A stretch of 50,924 nucleotides of DNA, filler included, from Circinaria calcarea (taxonomy: Eukaryota): NCBI GenBank assembly GCA_051942165.1. It is 2 parts of 2 records of this genome, joined end to end, with 100 filler letters (N's around TTAATTAATTAA, not from the genome) between each part and the next. Parts side by side here need not be neighbours in the genome. Positions count along the whole stretch, not along the records: positions 1 to 25,436 come from JAVECS010000094.1; 1 more part is not named here. One strand, written 5' to 3'. Each line of letters opens with the position of its first letter. Position 1 is the first letter of the stretch. The position numbers were made by a program, and so were the translations under genes. Shown one piece after another: positions 11,950-24,181 of the stretch. Below the pieces are notes generated by a model. That model was given only the letters and a program-made list of their open reading frames with translations, was not told the origin of the DNA and made no database searches.

Positions 11950-13878
11950 CTATGTTAGCTCCATGCGAGAGAACAGACTACGATACACAGCATCCACCAC
12001 CGGCTGAGCGCTGATCTGACGGCCTCCGAAGAACCTTCCATTCAGTCCTTTGATTGCATTCTCGCCACCCTGGACTTTGTCGAACTTGAGGTAAATATCG
12101 CCGGGAGTATTTGCATCTAGAGAAATGTGAACAACATGGCCATATTTCTCTTCACACTCAGCTCGAACGTCGTCTTCGAGCTCCTTGATCCAAGCTTCTC
12201 CCTCTTCCCTTCAGGTGGGTTAGCATTGACGTATACAAGGCAAGTGAGCTACTTACTCAGCAGGATTAAACATGTTCCTTAGGAGAACACATCTACTCGC
12301 CATATTAACACTGACAGGTAGAGGCTTGACCTCAGTCTTTGCCTTCATCATCTTGCGTTTCTCATCCGCAGCATTCGCATCGGATGTAGGCTCATCGGTT
12401 CTAGCAAGCTTTCTCATCAACGCATCTCTGCTATAGTTATTGAAATTCACACCGGCAACGTCAGTGTCATCCAGAGCGCTCGCACCGCCAGCCCCCTTTT
12501 CATTGTCGCGACCTCCTGCGCGGTCGAAGGCACCGCCGGAGCCCCCAGCTTGTGCACCGCGACCACCTTGTCCGGAGAAAGCAGAACCCTGGTAGTTGCG
12601 TTGGTATTCCTGCCCTTGGAACCGTTGCAGTAAGTTGGCGGTAGATTCGGGGGTAAACTTATCATTACCGAGCCCAACTCGGATGGGGCGGCCTGCAAGA
12701 TCGAATCCATTCATCTTCTCCAGCGCTTCTCTGGCCTGAGTTGGGTCACGGAATCTAAGGACGCAACAGATCAGAAAGGTATCGAGAAGCACGGGAGAAA
12801 GGAGAACTTACTGGACAAACCCATAACCTCGGCTTCGACCTTGTTCTTCCTTCTGGAGCTGGACAAATTCGAGCTCGCCAAAGGGTTCAAAGACATTCTG
12901 TAAATCGCTTTCAGTGATACTGAAATGAATATTTCCTACGTAGAGCCTATGGAAGGGTATTTGGTTGGGGTTACTGCTTGTAGCTTCAGGGTTTCGCGCT
13001 TGGCGGTTTTTCTCAGCTTCGGTAAGCTGGGCGATGATTGGAATGCCTAGAAGCTTTTGCCCGGTAAGCTGAATAGCCAAAGGTACCGACTCCTCCTGTT
13101 TGAACTCGACGTATCCAACTCTAACGTATGTTAACTTAGCAAATGCTACCGGGATAAGGAGCACATACCCTTTGGATCTACCACTGACTCTGTCCTTGAC
13201 AATCTGCGCTTCCTTCACTGGACCAACCTTCTCAAAGAATGCGATAAGTTCTTTACTCCTCAATCTTGCGGCAAGTTGTTGCACAAACACTGTTCGCCTG
13301 TCCCGCTCATCCTCTGTTGGTTGGGGCGTAGGAGATTTACTCTTGGGTCGTTTGGGACTTGGAGTACGCTTTTGTCCTCCGTTGCGCTCACGCCTGGGGC
13401 TACGGTCTCTCGGCCTATCATCATCGTCGCGACGACTTCGGCCACCTGGGCGGTAGTATCTATCATCGTTAGGCGACCTTGATCGGCTGCGAACGCGTCC
13501 TCCGCCACGATAGAAGTCTCCACCTGAGGCACGATGAGCATCATCCAAATCTGTGGAATCTCTATGGCGACGTGAGCGGCGTCTGTCGCTATCACGACTT
13601 CGACTTCTGCGCTTGCTTCGATGGCTCCCGTGTGCGCTTCCAGGCCTTGGACTCTTCACCACCTCACCTCCGTCGGCATCTCTCTTACTCCGGTCTTTGC
13701 TCCTATCCCGACGGCGTCTGTCCCTGTCGCGGTCTCGACTTCCGTCTCGGTGTCGGTCTCTATCCCGACGATCACCTCTATGGCGATCTTCATGCTCTTT
13801 GGAGCGGGAGTCTTTGGACTCCGGAGGTGCGGCGTTGGCGGTGGAATCTAGAAGAGCTTCGACGTCAAGGCCTGACAT
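11950..13878 (-). CDS. RBM39/CAPER-like splicing factor (PAD-1/Rsd1): RS domain plus 3 RRMs
   Basis: RS/RD-rich N-terminus; [60 protein letters not shown]; final exon ...[21 protein letters not shown]. Confidence 0.95.
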
Positions 13879-14502
13879 GTTTGCAACTTCGAACGCACTA
13901 TCCGAAACGCTGGTGGGTGGATGTCTTCAAGGGAGGGATTAGTCACTTGGACTGGTCAGAAATAGCACCAGCCTGACGATGTTTTGATCGAACCCTTTTT
14001 TTGGTTTAATCTCCTAGACTGTATAGGATTCAAGAAAAGATTCTAACAGCCGATTAGAATGTGCTGCCGAAGCATCCCTGGTATTATGGTTTTCAGATCA
14101 AATCCGCAAGTGTCGAACACTTTATGGATGTTAATTGGTGAAATCAAGTTATGAGGTGGAGAGGAACTGGGGACCGAAGAAACTTCCAGGACGTCACGTG
14201 GTTTACGCTCAATCTTAGCGTATTCATAAAATTCCTAACTCGTTACATCTACTTCTGCAGGCACTGAAGCGTTCGAAGTATTCTTCTAGCCACCAATCAT
14301 AGTATGCATGTCAGAGCTCAACTACTTTCATCTTCATCATCAATATCAGTTGCAACTCACTATATACAAGAAAGATAGAGGAAAATTATTAGAGGCCTTG
14401 CGATTTTCAACTATTCACTATACAAGAGCCAACCCATCTGCCTTATTTCACAATCAACACATTACACCCTGGGTGTATCTAACGGGACCTTCAAAGTCCT
14501 CT

Positions 14503-15786
14503 TTACGCCGCCTTTGCTGCTTTTGGCATTGCAAGCTCCGTGCCAAAAACACGATCCCAGAATCGACTTGTGACCCCAAACCCATTCTCGTAGTCGGCAA
14601 AATGATGTTGAAGATGATACTTCTTGAGCTCACGATAGTAGGAAGGTAAACTGTAATATCAGTTAGTTGAGACCGCATGAGTAGTAGACTGGAACTTACG
14701 TTCGATGGTGGAGAAAATAATGAGTGAGGTCGTAGCAAATGTAGCCAAATATTCCACCGCAGAAAACTGCCGTAGCTACATACCAGTCCCAGTAGAAGAC
14801 TGTATGGGCTAATTTGTAGAAAGGGGTTGCGAGTACGATGAATAGTGTAGGTGGCATAACAAGTCGAAGCTTATCCATAGGCAAATAGTGATGTATCCCG
14901 TGGAGGAGGAAGTGTGCGGTTATACCCACCCGGTTATCGGGAAGATACCTGTAACTCATCAGTATTTCCCTCAATGATAGGCTGCCCCGGTAACTGACCT
15001 ATCGACATGAAACAAGCCTCGATGCATGATGTATTCAACCAGAGTCCAAAGGCCAAGACCGGTAAACCAGTAGGCAGCAGTTTGAAAAGCGTTCGGTAAG
15101 TTCAGGTAGGCAAGGAGAGTGCCATAGGCGACTGGCGGTAGCCATACCATTGGTACCACCCACCAGGGCGTTTTGCTTAGAGGTTCCAAAAAATTCCCAA
15201 ACAATGGCGCTGATTCACCGCCTTTATAATGTCGTGGCCTGTGCACCTGTTCGAGGTAAAAGTCTTTGCTAAACCCTCCTCTCCACACTTGCATCAGTAA
15301 AGGCCGGTTGAGGTCGAGAAATTTGTGTGTACGGTAATCTGAGTTAACGTCTGTTTCAACGGAGAGATCCTCTGCTGATGACATGCCAGTGTTTGCGAAA
15401 GCCGGCTTCCCTGCAACCACGCCTGCTGCCACGTTTGTTCGTAGCTCTTGCATACCTTCTTTATTCGGCGGTAGCGGTATTATGTTATCAGGATGACTGC
15501 TGGCAGCCGCGGTCTTCATTACCGGTTCAGTAGCAACAAAACCGATTAGGTGGTCGTCGAGGATTTCGTATGCTGCTTCCGAGTGTGTATGGGATATCTC
15601 ATCACCCATGATCTCAGTAACGTCCTTCCCTCCATACTCAAGGATCAAATCACCTCCCCCCGGATGGTCGTTTAGAAAGGGTGTGATATCGTAGACTTTC
15701 GTTCCCATTGTAACATAACATGATTTTGGCGTACTTCTTGACTCGACATCTCGCGACAGAATGGTGGGTAGAATTCGACCAGGCAT
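14503..15786 (-). CDS. SCS7: Sphingolipid fatty-acid alpha-hydroxylase (cytochrome b5 plus FA hydroxylase)
   Basis: Cyt b5 HPGG motif; YLEQVHRPRHY; His boxes EYIMHRGLFH, LHGIHHYLPMD and YDLTHYFLHH; C-terminal GFGVTSRFWDRVFGT. Confidence 0.96.
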
Positions 15787-16471
15787 GTTAAGGCCGTTGA
15801 GGGGAGAATGGAGCACAATTAGGGCTACTTGAGCAACGCAGGACTTGACTGATGCCGTATGCGTGAGAATTATAATCAATAAATATTAGGTTTTGTATTT
15901 AGAGGTACTGATGTTGCATCTCATGAAACGCAGAGCTGATATGTTGTACAACAGCAGACCTTCCCTTCATCCCAGAAATGGAGCGTGGCAAGCGGAACGG
16001 AACAATCCTGACCTCCGAAACGCGGCATAATCTGCTTAGGTGGTGTCCGCCGGACGTCAAATCCCTTTCAGCGACCTTTAGTTTACATTATATCGTGGTT
16101 CATCCACTTGATAAGAGTAGCCCTCTTGATATATCTATGCAAAGCCATTGACTCTTTCCGATCTATGCCTAGATCATACGCCTTATTTGTAGACAAAATG
16201 TAAGAATATTGGAATCTCCTTATTTCCTAGTATCCAACTTGATAATATGAAGCTATCAAGTCCCTCATGCGACCCTTGAAGGTTGCGAGTTGAAGATGAT
16301 GGCTGCTATCCATCTGCTCTAAACATGGCCGTTCTACTTCCCGTTAGACCGTTCATATTGTTGCAGCATGAATAATTCTATAACCTACCAAAAAGGAATG
16401 CATTGATAATGGATGTGCGCGTGAGCTAGATAATCACCAAATGAGAATACTATCTGTAAACCTATTGGCTT

Positions 16472-16545
16472 TTGTTGTGAAGAGTTATGATGATGTTGTT
16501 GTGGAAGAATTATGATTTTGTTGTTGTGGAAGAATGATGTTGTTC
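16472..16545. repeat. Tandem repeat of ~24 bp, 3 copies
   Basis: TTGTTGTG(G)AAGA(G/A)T(TA)TGAT units. Confidence 0.75.
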
Positions 16546-17228
16546 TACCCAGGCGTTAATTATATCTTGGTTCTACATTTTGGGTTTTATGGTATATATG
16601 TTATTATAAGGTGTAATATTTTCAACCAAGTCCATATGGCCCAGGTATGAGTGGGCACCGCCGGGGTGGTGCAGTAGGTTCAAAGACTGTACCCATCACA
16701 GATTTACATTCGATGTCTATTTCAGGTACACGAGAGGTTCCCGCGTATGGGCTTGGCCCTCTTTTTTGTCATTTTTTTGCGTAGGTTCGATTCGCAGCTG
16801 CAGCTTTTTTTCCCCCTTCAAATATGCATTCGAATTTATATCTAGGTTGTAATAAGCGTTTTTTACAGTGGTATGCCAGGTCAATAGGCCAGCACTACTT
16901 CTTTTGTAGGGTTTCAATTTGAATATGCAAAACCCAACTTAATGTTATTAACAGCACAGAGATACTTTCGGTGGCACACGTTCGCCTCGCTATGAAATTA
17001 TTAGGGCTTCATTTTCGGTCAACAGCACAACACTGGTGGACCTTATCTAATCTAGGTAATCTCCGTTCACCATCACTCCACAACAAACCTGCACACCCTT
17101 TACCTTGCCAACCTGTACACTCCTCTTAGTGTTGCAGTGCATCCACTTTCAACAACATATCTGACTGGATACCGTCGCCTTCTCTTTTCCTCCTACGTTG
17201 ACCGTTTTCTTGAAGTCGGAAGCTCATC

Positions 17229-18514
17229 ATGTCCAAAGTACATGCAGCAACACGACGCGATGGTGATCACGAAACCCCAAGTCAGCTTGCTCTAAGGCCA
17301 AAGCGAGCTGAAGCTGATATCGTTATCCTCAAAGAGTTGAAGGAGCTTGTTACGAAAAAGTTATTTGGTAAGTCTCTAATCGTTAATCATGGGAGTAGTT
17401 CTCGTTAACCGATACAACAGAAGAAGCATATGGCCTTATACTCCAGAAATTGCCAACGAGAATTTGGTATGAGAAGGCAGGGCAGGGAATCCATCGAGAG
17501 AAGAGAACCACATGCGCGTATCCTTTATGCCCTTCACCAAACCAAGTCTCGCCGCCCGGCTCATATCGTATAAGCTTCGAAAGTGGCTTCAAATCGGACT
17601 GCAAGACCATCCCACGTGAGCCTCTTGCGGGCGATCAAGACGCAGCAAACATTCCCAAGGACTTGCGGGGTAGGGGAGTTGATGGAGTCATGTGGTTTTG
17701 TTTAGCCTGTTTCGAAAACCTGTGGGACGAGACGGGATGGCCGGAAGGGCCAGAACCGCCAACGCGCCCTCCACCGCCACGGCGCAGCAATCCCGTCTAC
17801 TCTGGGTTCCCCAACGTGAACGAATTCCTTCAAGGCGAGACCGATCTAGACGAAGACCTCTTCATGCCTACTCTCTATCGTGACTTGAATCTCAAGTTAT
17901 CGGCGGAAGACCGGTTTCACCGGCCCGCCACCGGTTATTACGAGCTATCAGATCCAGAGCTCAAATGCTTTTACAAGTGGAAGGCGGTCCACTGCCACGC
18001 TCAGATCATGTCCAGCTCGTTCAACCGCGGTTTTGCGGAATACACTGGGATAGCAAAACACTATCCCGAGGACGAAGACGGCGTTGGAGAGGTCTACATT
18101 CACGACAGCCAGGAGGAATTTGTCGGGCAGATGTCTGTAGGGAAGAAGAGGGTCGTGGAAGTTGATGCTAGGGATATCAAGGGGAAGAAGCTCAGCGAGG
18201 CAATGGAGTTGCTGGATAGCATGGTATCGCACTGGTTGCAGGTGGATGGATGGGTTGATGAGGGCCCGAAGCCTAAGAAGGCAAAGATGGGGAAGAAGAA
18301 GAAACGGGGTCTTCTGAGAGATGGGGATGTCCGCATGAGGGAAGCTGGCGATGAACCAAAAGATGAATCAGAAGAAGGGGTGAAGAAGAAGAAACGGGGT
18401 CTTCTGACAGACGGAGATGTTCGCATGAGGGAAGCTGACGATGAACCAGAAGATGAATCAGAAAAAGGCGATGAGTCAGAAGCGGGTGATGAATCAGAAT
18501 GCGCCGAGGACTAG
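17229..18514 (+). CDS. Orphan protein (~410 aa) with PARP-type zinc-finger-like motif and repeated basic/acidic tail
   Basis: ATG 17229; intron 17368-17420 (GTAAGT...TTAAC...CAG) joins in frame to the 354-aa ORF. Motif YEKA...CAYPLC...YRI...WFCLACFE; KKKKR NLS-like repeats. Confidence 0.75.
18292..18500 (+). repeat. 90-bp (30-aa) tandem duplication followed by 18-bp repeats, inside the CDS
   Basis: KKKKRGLLRDGDVRMREAGDEPKDESEEGV / KKKKRGLLTDGDVRMREADDEPEDESEKG, then DESEAG-DESE units. Confidence 0.9.
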
Positions 18515-19604
18515 GGCAAAGCATCTTGCTGTCTTGGTTAGACTCTACGGCTGCATCTTAACAGAAATGCCCCTCTTCGCTTCTACTAGTTCTGGTCATG
18601 CAGATCAAGTTAATTCAGATTTCACAAAGAAAGGTGGTTCGGAGGATTTTGAACTGTTCTGATGTTGTACTTCGAGGGCACCCCACACACCCAATTGTTC
18701 CGCTGCAGCTTATAGCTTTTAGACCAGATGAGCAGTACTCTCATGTGCCAACAAACAAAAAGTCTTCTCGCTCGCTTTGCGTAAAAATCCTAATATCGCT
18801 GCTATGCATTTGTGCCACCATGGCTTTAATGCCAAGCCTCCCCTCCCCTGATCATCTTTATCTTGGCTGAGATATTTAGAGCTTTCCAGAGCGCAGTGTT
18901 TGGACCCGTCGAAAAGGGGTTTTGATTCCTCGCTCAGCAAATTTGGAAGCTTCCTCCGTCAAAAGGTCGATGGGGCCATTCGAGAAGGGGGATGTAAAAT
19001 TGACCAACTTGCCCAGGACCCGGTTCGAGCCCCAGGAAAAAAGGAAAAGGAGGATTGGCTTACTAGCAAAAGGCGCAGGGCACTACACTTTGCTCGCTCG
19101 CTCGCTCTGTTTCCACTTTGCCTTTTCTAGACTCAAAAGTTCAAAAGTAAAATAAAACAAACAAACAAACAATCAAACAGCCACAAACAGCCCAAAGGAG
19201 CAAATTCCCGCCCATGCGAAAAGCCAAGGAAGCAGAGTACCATAACTAGTCGAACCAAAAGCCCTTTGGAAGCCTTTATTTTAAAGCCTGTTTTCGGGGT
19301 AAATTAATTGATAGATTGATAGATAGAAGAGCAGAATTCTATAATTATTCTACATGGGGTACCTGCACCCTCCGTGACAAGGTCAGCGGGAGGTTCTTGA
19401 TATGTTGAGGTTCTTTTGGATGTGTGTATTCCTACTTCGGACAATGGGAGATGGGAGATGGGAGATAGGAGATGCTGGTAGGTAAGTTGTATAAAATCCT
19501 GAATTTATAATGTTTTCCGTTTATTTGGATATACAACAACAAAACCTCACCATAAATTTTCCCGTTGCCAGGATAAACATTACCATGGATCAACACCTCA
19601 TCCC

Positions 19605-20551
19605 TCACCGCCACCTCGGGATAAACTTCCCCGGATGCCACCACGCCAGAATCCCCACCGCCAGCACTACGGGGGCAAACTCCAGGCCGCCAAACAGTCC
19701 TTCCTGCCGACTCGCAAAACCACCCACCCCTTGCGATGTTTCCGCTAACCGGAAGATCGTTCGCAGGTAGATGAGTAAAGTCGCAACGACGACGGCGAGC
19801 GTGAATTGCATCATGCCGCTTTCGCCTCGGGATGCTGCGCCCTTGCGCGCTGTGTAAATGAAATAGCCGAGCAGGGAGATGAAGAGGAGAAAGGCAAAGA
19901 CTTGGAATGCTAGGCCGGCGAGGAGAATGTTGTTCGGGGTGGTTGAGCTCTCGCCATTGCTTTCCGCCACGCCGATCAGAGCAGCTCCAGCGACTTGGAC
20001 GATCGTAGCGATAACGTCGCAGGACACGAAGACGGCGACGATCCACTTCCTCCTCCGCCACAGGCGCATCCTCTGGTCGCCCAACGCGCTGATCATGGAT
20101 GTCAAGATTGTGTAAATGCCGGCGCTGAAGAAGACGGGCGCGACGACGATGAAGAAATATTGCACTACGAAGTTGGTGACACTATAGGGATTCCCGGTTG
20201 GGGGGCGAGTGGAGCGGAGGCGAAAGACGTAGCCGACAATCTCGAAGGCACAGGTAATGAGGGTGAGGATAGAGAAGGCCCAGGTGCGGTGGAGATAGAG
20301 GCGGATCGCATGGGGGATTATGCAGAGGGCGTAGAGGACGATGGCTAGGATACCAAGCACGAGGGACGGGGTGTATCTAGTGAGAAGAGAGTCAGCAGTG
20401 TGTTTAGCCTGTGCTGGGAGGAAGTCTGAGAGGTCTGGCAGGAGGTTTGAAGAGGGGCGTACCCGTAGATGATGATCGGGGCGTCGTCAGGGCCATTGGG
20501 ATTGGGAATGGACGGGTCGACGTAGCCTTCATTGGGGGGTTCGGAAGACAT
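19605..20551 (-). CDS. RTA1-like 7-TM membrane protein (1 intron)
   Basis: IIIYG|YTPS splice; FEIVGYVFR, QYFFIVVAPVFFSAGIY, DVIATIVQVAGA, LAGLAFQV, RTIFRLAE and WHPGK. Confidence 0.92.
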
Positions 20552-20758
20552 GGTCGCCAAGCTCAATGACTCTCAGTTATGTCTTGGGAACCTTTATTCG
20601 TTAAAGGATAATGTTAATGAGACTGTTGGCTTCTAGGGTTGCCCGGCAAGTGATCAATTGGCCGAAGACGCACCCTGCATAGCAATCCGTCAATGTAAAA
20701 GACAACACGGCCAAAGGTTCAAAGAGTACATTCTGCTCGCAGCGAACTTGCAATGTTT

Positions 20759-20802
20759 ATGTCTGCCTCATGTCTGCCTCATGTCTGCTTCATGTCTGCT
20801 GC
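20759..20802. repeat. 11-bp tandem repeat, 4 copies, upstream of RTA1
   Basis: ATGTCTGCCTC ATGTCTGCCTC ATGTCTGCTTC ATGTCTGCTGC. Confidence 0.85.
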
Positions 20803-21939
20803 CTACCGGATATGGAGATTGCTCAATCCGAGCTTCGCCCTTTGAATAGGGGACTTCATCAGGACGCGTGCTCTGTAGCGAGGACAAAGGCTCGTATTCA
20901 TGCGTGCTGTTGCTGCTGTTTCTAATATCAACGCGTCATCGATATTCCGTCGTGTCTTGGCCGCAGCAACGGCTATCCCACACGGTGTCAAAATGTACTG
21001 ACAGGGAGGAAAAGTGTCCGTGCCCAGCCTGACCGCCGAATCGGCGCCTTTATGCTCCGGCCAGTTACTTTAGGAAATATCTACCCACAAACCAAGCGGA
21101 TGGGTTCCCATTCCGTTCCCGGGTCCAACAGACGAAAAACTCCTGGGCAAGGCTGCAGGTTGCAAACCCATGGTTCCAAACAAAGCGAGGAATCTTCCCA
21201 ATCCCATGGTACGGATCTTATTAGGCGGTGATCCTGCACGTGGAGACAGGTATGGACGATATTTGCTCGGTGGATACAGATCTCCTCGGGAATTACAGGA
21301 TAAGACGAATCGCCACTTTGGATATATGTGACGACACGCTCTATTCTGGAGTGAAAGGAAAGTCAAAGCAACTCTCTCACCATGGGAATCTTGCTAGCCA
21401 GAGGATACTGGCCCTACAGATCTCATATCGGATACCCCAAGAGCCATGCAACCCCCCCCCCCCCTGATGTACATTAATTGAATGCTGGAAGATGCGCCAA
21501 AAGGCAGGCTGACATTATTAATATTCCCCCATGCCTAGGTGTTCGTCACACAGGTTTCTGATATACCACATATGCCGAGTTGGGTTTGGTATTGTTCAAG
21601 TTGTGAAAGCATTGGAAAGAGGTCAAGCTATAGCTGTATATGAAGCGAGCGTGTCACTTAACATTGATCCCTTGTGGAAACCAGACTCGACTCCAGCTTA
21701 CCCACGAGCCTGAGAAAAAACCAAGCACCCGTCACCATGGCCGCCCAAAAGTATACAGTAGATAGTAACGAGAGTACATTTTCCGCCTCCTTATATATGT
21801 GCGCCGACATTCATACCCGGATACCCTTATTATGTAGTACTATGCTACAGTAGAATGACCCCAGTGGGAGCAAAGCATGTTTGTTTGGAAATAACCCTCC
21901 ATACATGTGTTGTTAGTCATACATCAATGTCCATCCGGA

Positions 21940-22965
21940 TTAATTATGTTTGCTGCTTCGCCGGGATCCGGCCTCTGAGGCAGCGCGTGAGGCTTCCTCT
22001 GCGTTGGCTGCATCCTGGCCGGGGTTTGCCTCCTCGTAGTTGAAGTACTTGGCGAATTTGTAATATCCTGCCGCTATCAGAGCGCCCAAAAATGGGCCAA
22101 GCCAGTAGATCCAGTGGTGACCTGGGAATGACCGAATCACCACGGCGGGGCCAAAGGAACGAGCCGGGTTCAAGGAACCACCGGTGAAGTATACACCTAA
22201 TGGTTGATATTAGCAATTCAACTCAGTCTCTAACTTCAATGGTCAAAGAAGTACCTGTCAGCTCGGCAACAAAGAGAGACAATCCAATCCCAACAGGAGC
22301 GATAAAGGTATCCTTTGACTTTTCAACCGCCAACATAAGCACCGTGATAACCAGAAATGCGGTTAAGAACATCTCGATGAAAAGCCCCTGTGCAATCGAA
22401 GTACCATGGCTGAGAGTCGTGGCAACCGGCATAGGGCCGGGGAACATGCAGGAAACAAGGGCAGCGGCGCAAATCCCCGCCAAAATTTGAACCGGGAAAA
22501 GGAGAAGGCCCCGCATCCATGGGAGTCCACCGGCAATACAAAGACCCAAAGTGACCTAACGTTCCCAACGTCAGTACATGGAGCCTCTATAACACATTCA
22601 CCCTCGGGTTGGTTTCGAATGCATGTGGACAGGGACATTCATACCGCAGGATTGAACAGGCCTCCACTGATTCTGTAGAATACCCAGACAGCAATCATCA
22701 GGGAGAAACCAAAGCTTAAGCTGATGTAAAAGAGCTGTCCGGTGACGTCTCCGTTGGCACCAGGTGGAATGACGGTATTGGCGATTTGGGTGCCGCTGAG
22801 GGCAAACCAGAGGAAGAGCAGCGTCCCGACGAACTCGCCGGTCATGGCGACGAAATGTCCCCGCATTTTGGAAGACATGGTTGCTTCGTCCTTTGGCGGC
22901 GGGTGACGTCCATTCGTCATTGGTAACACCGGGCCATCATTGCGAGAACGACGATAAGACTGCAT
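21940..22965 (-). CDS. Aquaporin (MIP family, orthodox type), 2 introns
   Basis: [13 protein letters not shown]; two NPA boxes ([10 protein letters not shown] and [12 protein letters not shown]); HWIYWLGP. Confidence 0.95.
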
Positions 22966-24181
22966 CGTGAAGTAGGGGTACAGGGAAAGGTAGATGAAAG
23001 GTAAGGATCACACCGGGTGACACTTCTTACTTGTAGACGGTGGTTGTTGAAGAATAGAACGGAGGAGTCAGAGGGGACAAACGGAGGTGCCTCCCAGAAA
23101 TATAGGGTATCGAAGTGGCTGGTGGGAGTGGAGCCATGGAAGGCGTGGCAAGTGTGATTTCTCGACAAGGGCTAAACGTCACTCATTCTGGCCCGACTCC
23201 CAGAGATACGGTCGGCGGTATTCGAATTATCATTAAATTGGCTCACCCCTCCATCCTTTCCCATTGTGCCAGTTCAGGTTTCGGAGTGCCAGTCGACCAA
23301 TGGCGGAAAAGTGGATAGAGCGCCACGGCCAGGTTAGGGTGGAGGATTGGAGGGGAGGATCGATGATTCGGTTCCAATTTGCGGTAAGTGGCTGCCCAGT
23401 GGTCGGATCATGCAAACGGGTCCAGAACCAGCGGGAGATTTGGCCTGACACCCATGGCTTCTCAGGTCCAGCGATTGGGATCACCGACGCCTCTGTCTCG
23501 GCTACAATCTCTTCGCTTTGTCAAATAGCAAATGATGGATGAAACTCCCCTTGGCTTGGATGATGTGGTCTGCGACTCCGGGACTACGGATAGATAAGGG
23601 CTGCTGGAAAACTTGCTTGACAGAACCAAAGTCGCAACTGGCACGACTGATCGTTTCCACGTTAAGGAATTACTTGCCTCTCCCGGAAGAAAATTGAATC
23701 ATTGCGTGAAGTCATCAGCCGTCAAATGATTTGCCTCGAGTCGCCCGCGGTCCAAGCCCCGGCTGCAGGAGGCTACAGGAAAAGGTCGGCGCTAACGCAC
23801 GGGAGCTAGACCTAAGCGAAAACCCTAGATCGAGGAGCCAAAAAGAACTCGACCGTTGTGTTGCGGAGTCGCGGAGACACGAGAACGAACATCGTGTGAT
23901 CCGGTGCATCAAGCAGGAGCGACGCGTCAAGGCTGATGGGGCTTCTGCATTCTATAAGACTTGAGCGACCATTCGTGGCTTCCTCGTGTGTGAACAGCTC
24001 ATATGCCTTCCTCGTGGTCGCGTTAATTGCTAGGTAACTAAAGCTGCTCCTCCTGGCTCGCCCAAGTCAACAATCGTCTCCAATCGCCGCCAGAAGGTAA
24101 TTAATTACCTGGATTAAGAATAGCTTCACCACCGTTTCTTCTTCCCTTCATTAGCTTCGCCGTGATCCAGCTCAAGTGGCC

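Noticed and set aside
16778..16800. GGTTCGATTC, resembling a tRNA T-loop/B-box
   Set aside because: The flanking bases do not form a T-stem, and no cloverleaf or A-box is evident.
19015..19040. CCCGGTTCGAGCCCCAGG, tRNA-like T arm
   Set aside because: The stem is mismatched and there are no acceptor, D or anticodon arms upstream.
19090..19200. (GCTC)n and (AAAC)n microsatellites
   Set aside because: Ordinary short simple repeats with no further structure.
16650..19380. Possible terminal inverted repeats enclosing the orphan zinc-finger gene
   Set aside because: Only short gapped matches; no target-site duplication or transposase.
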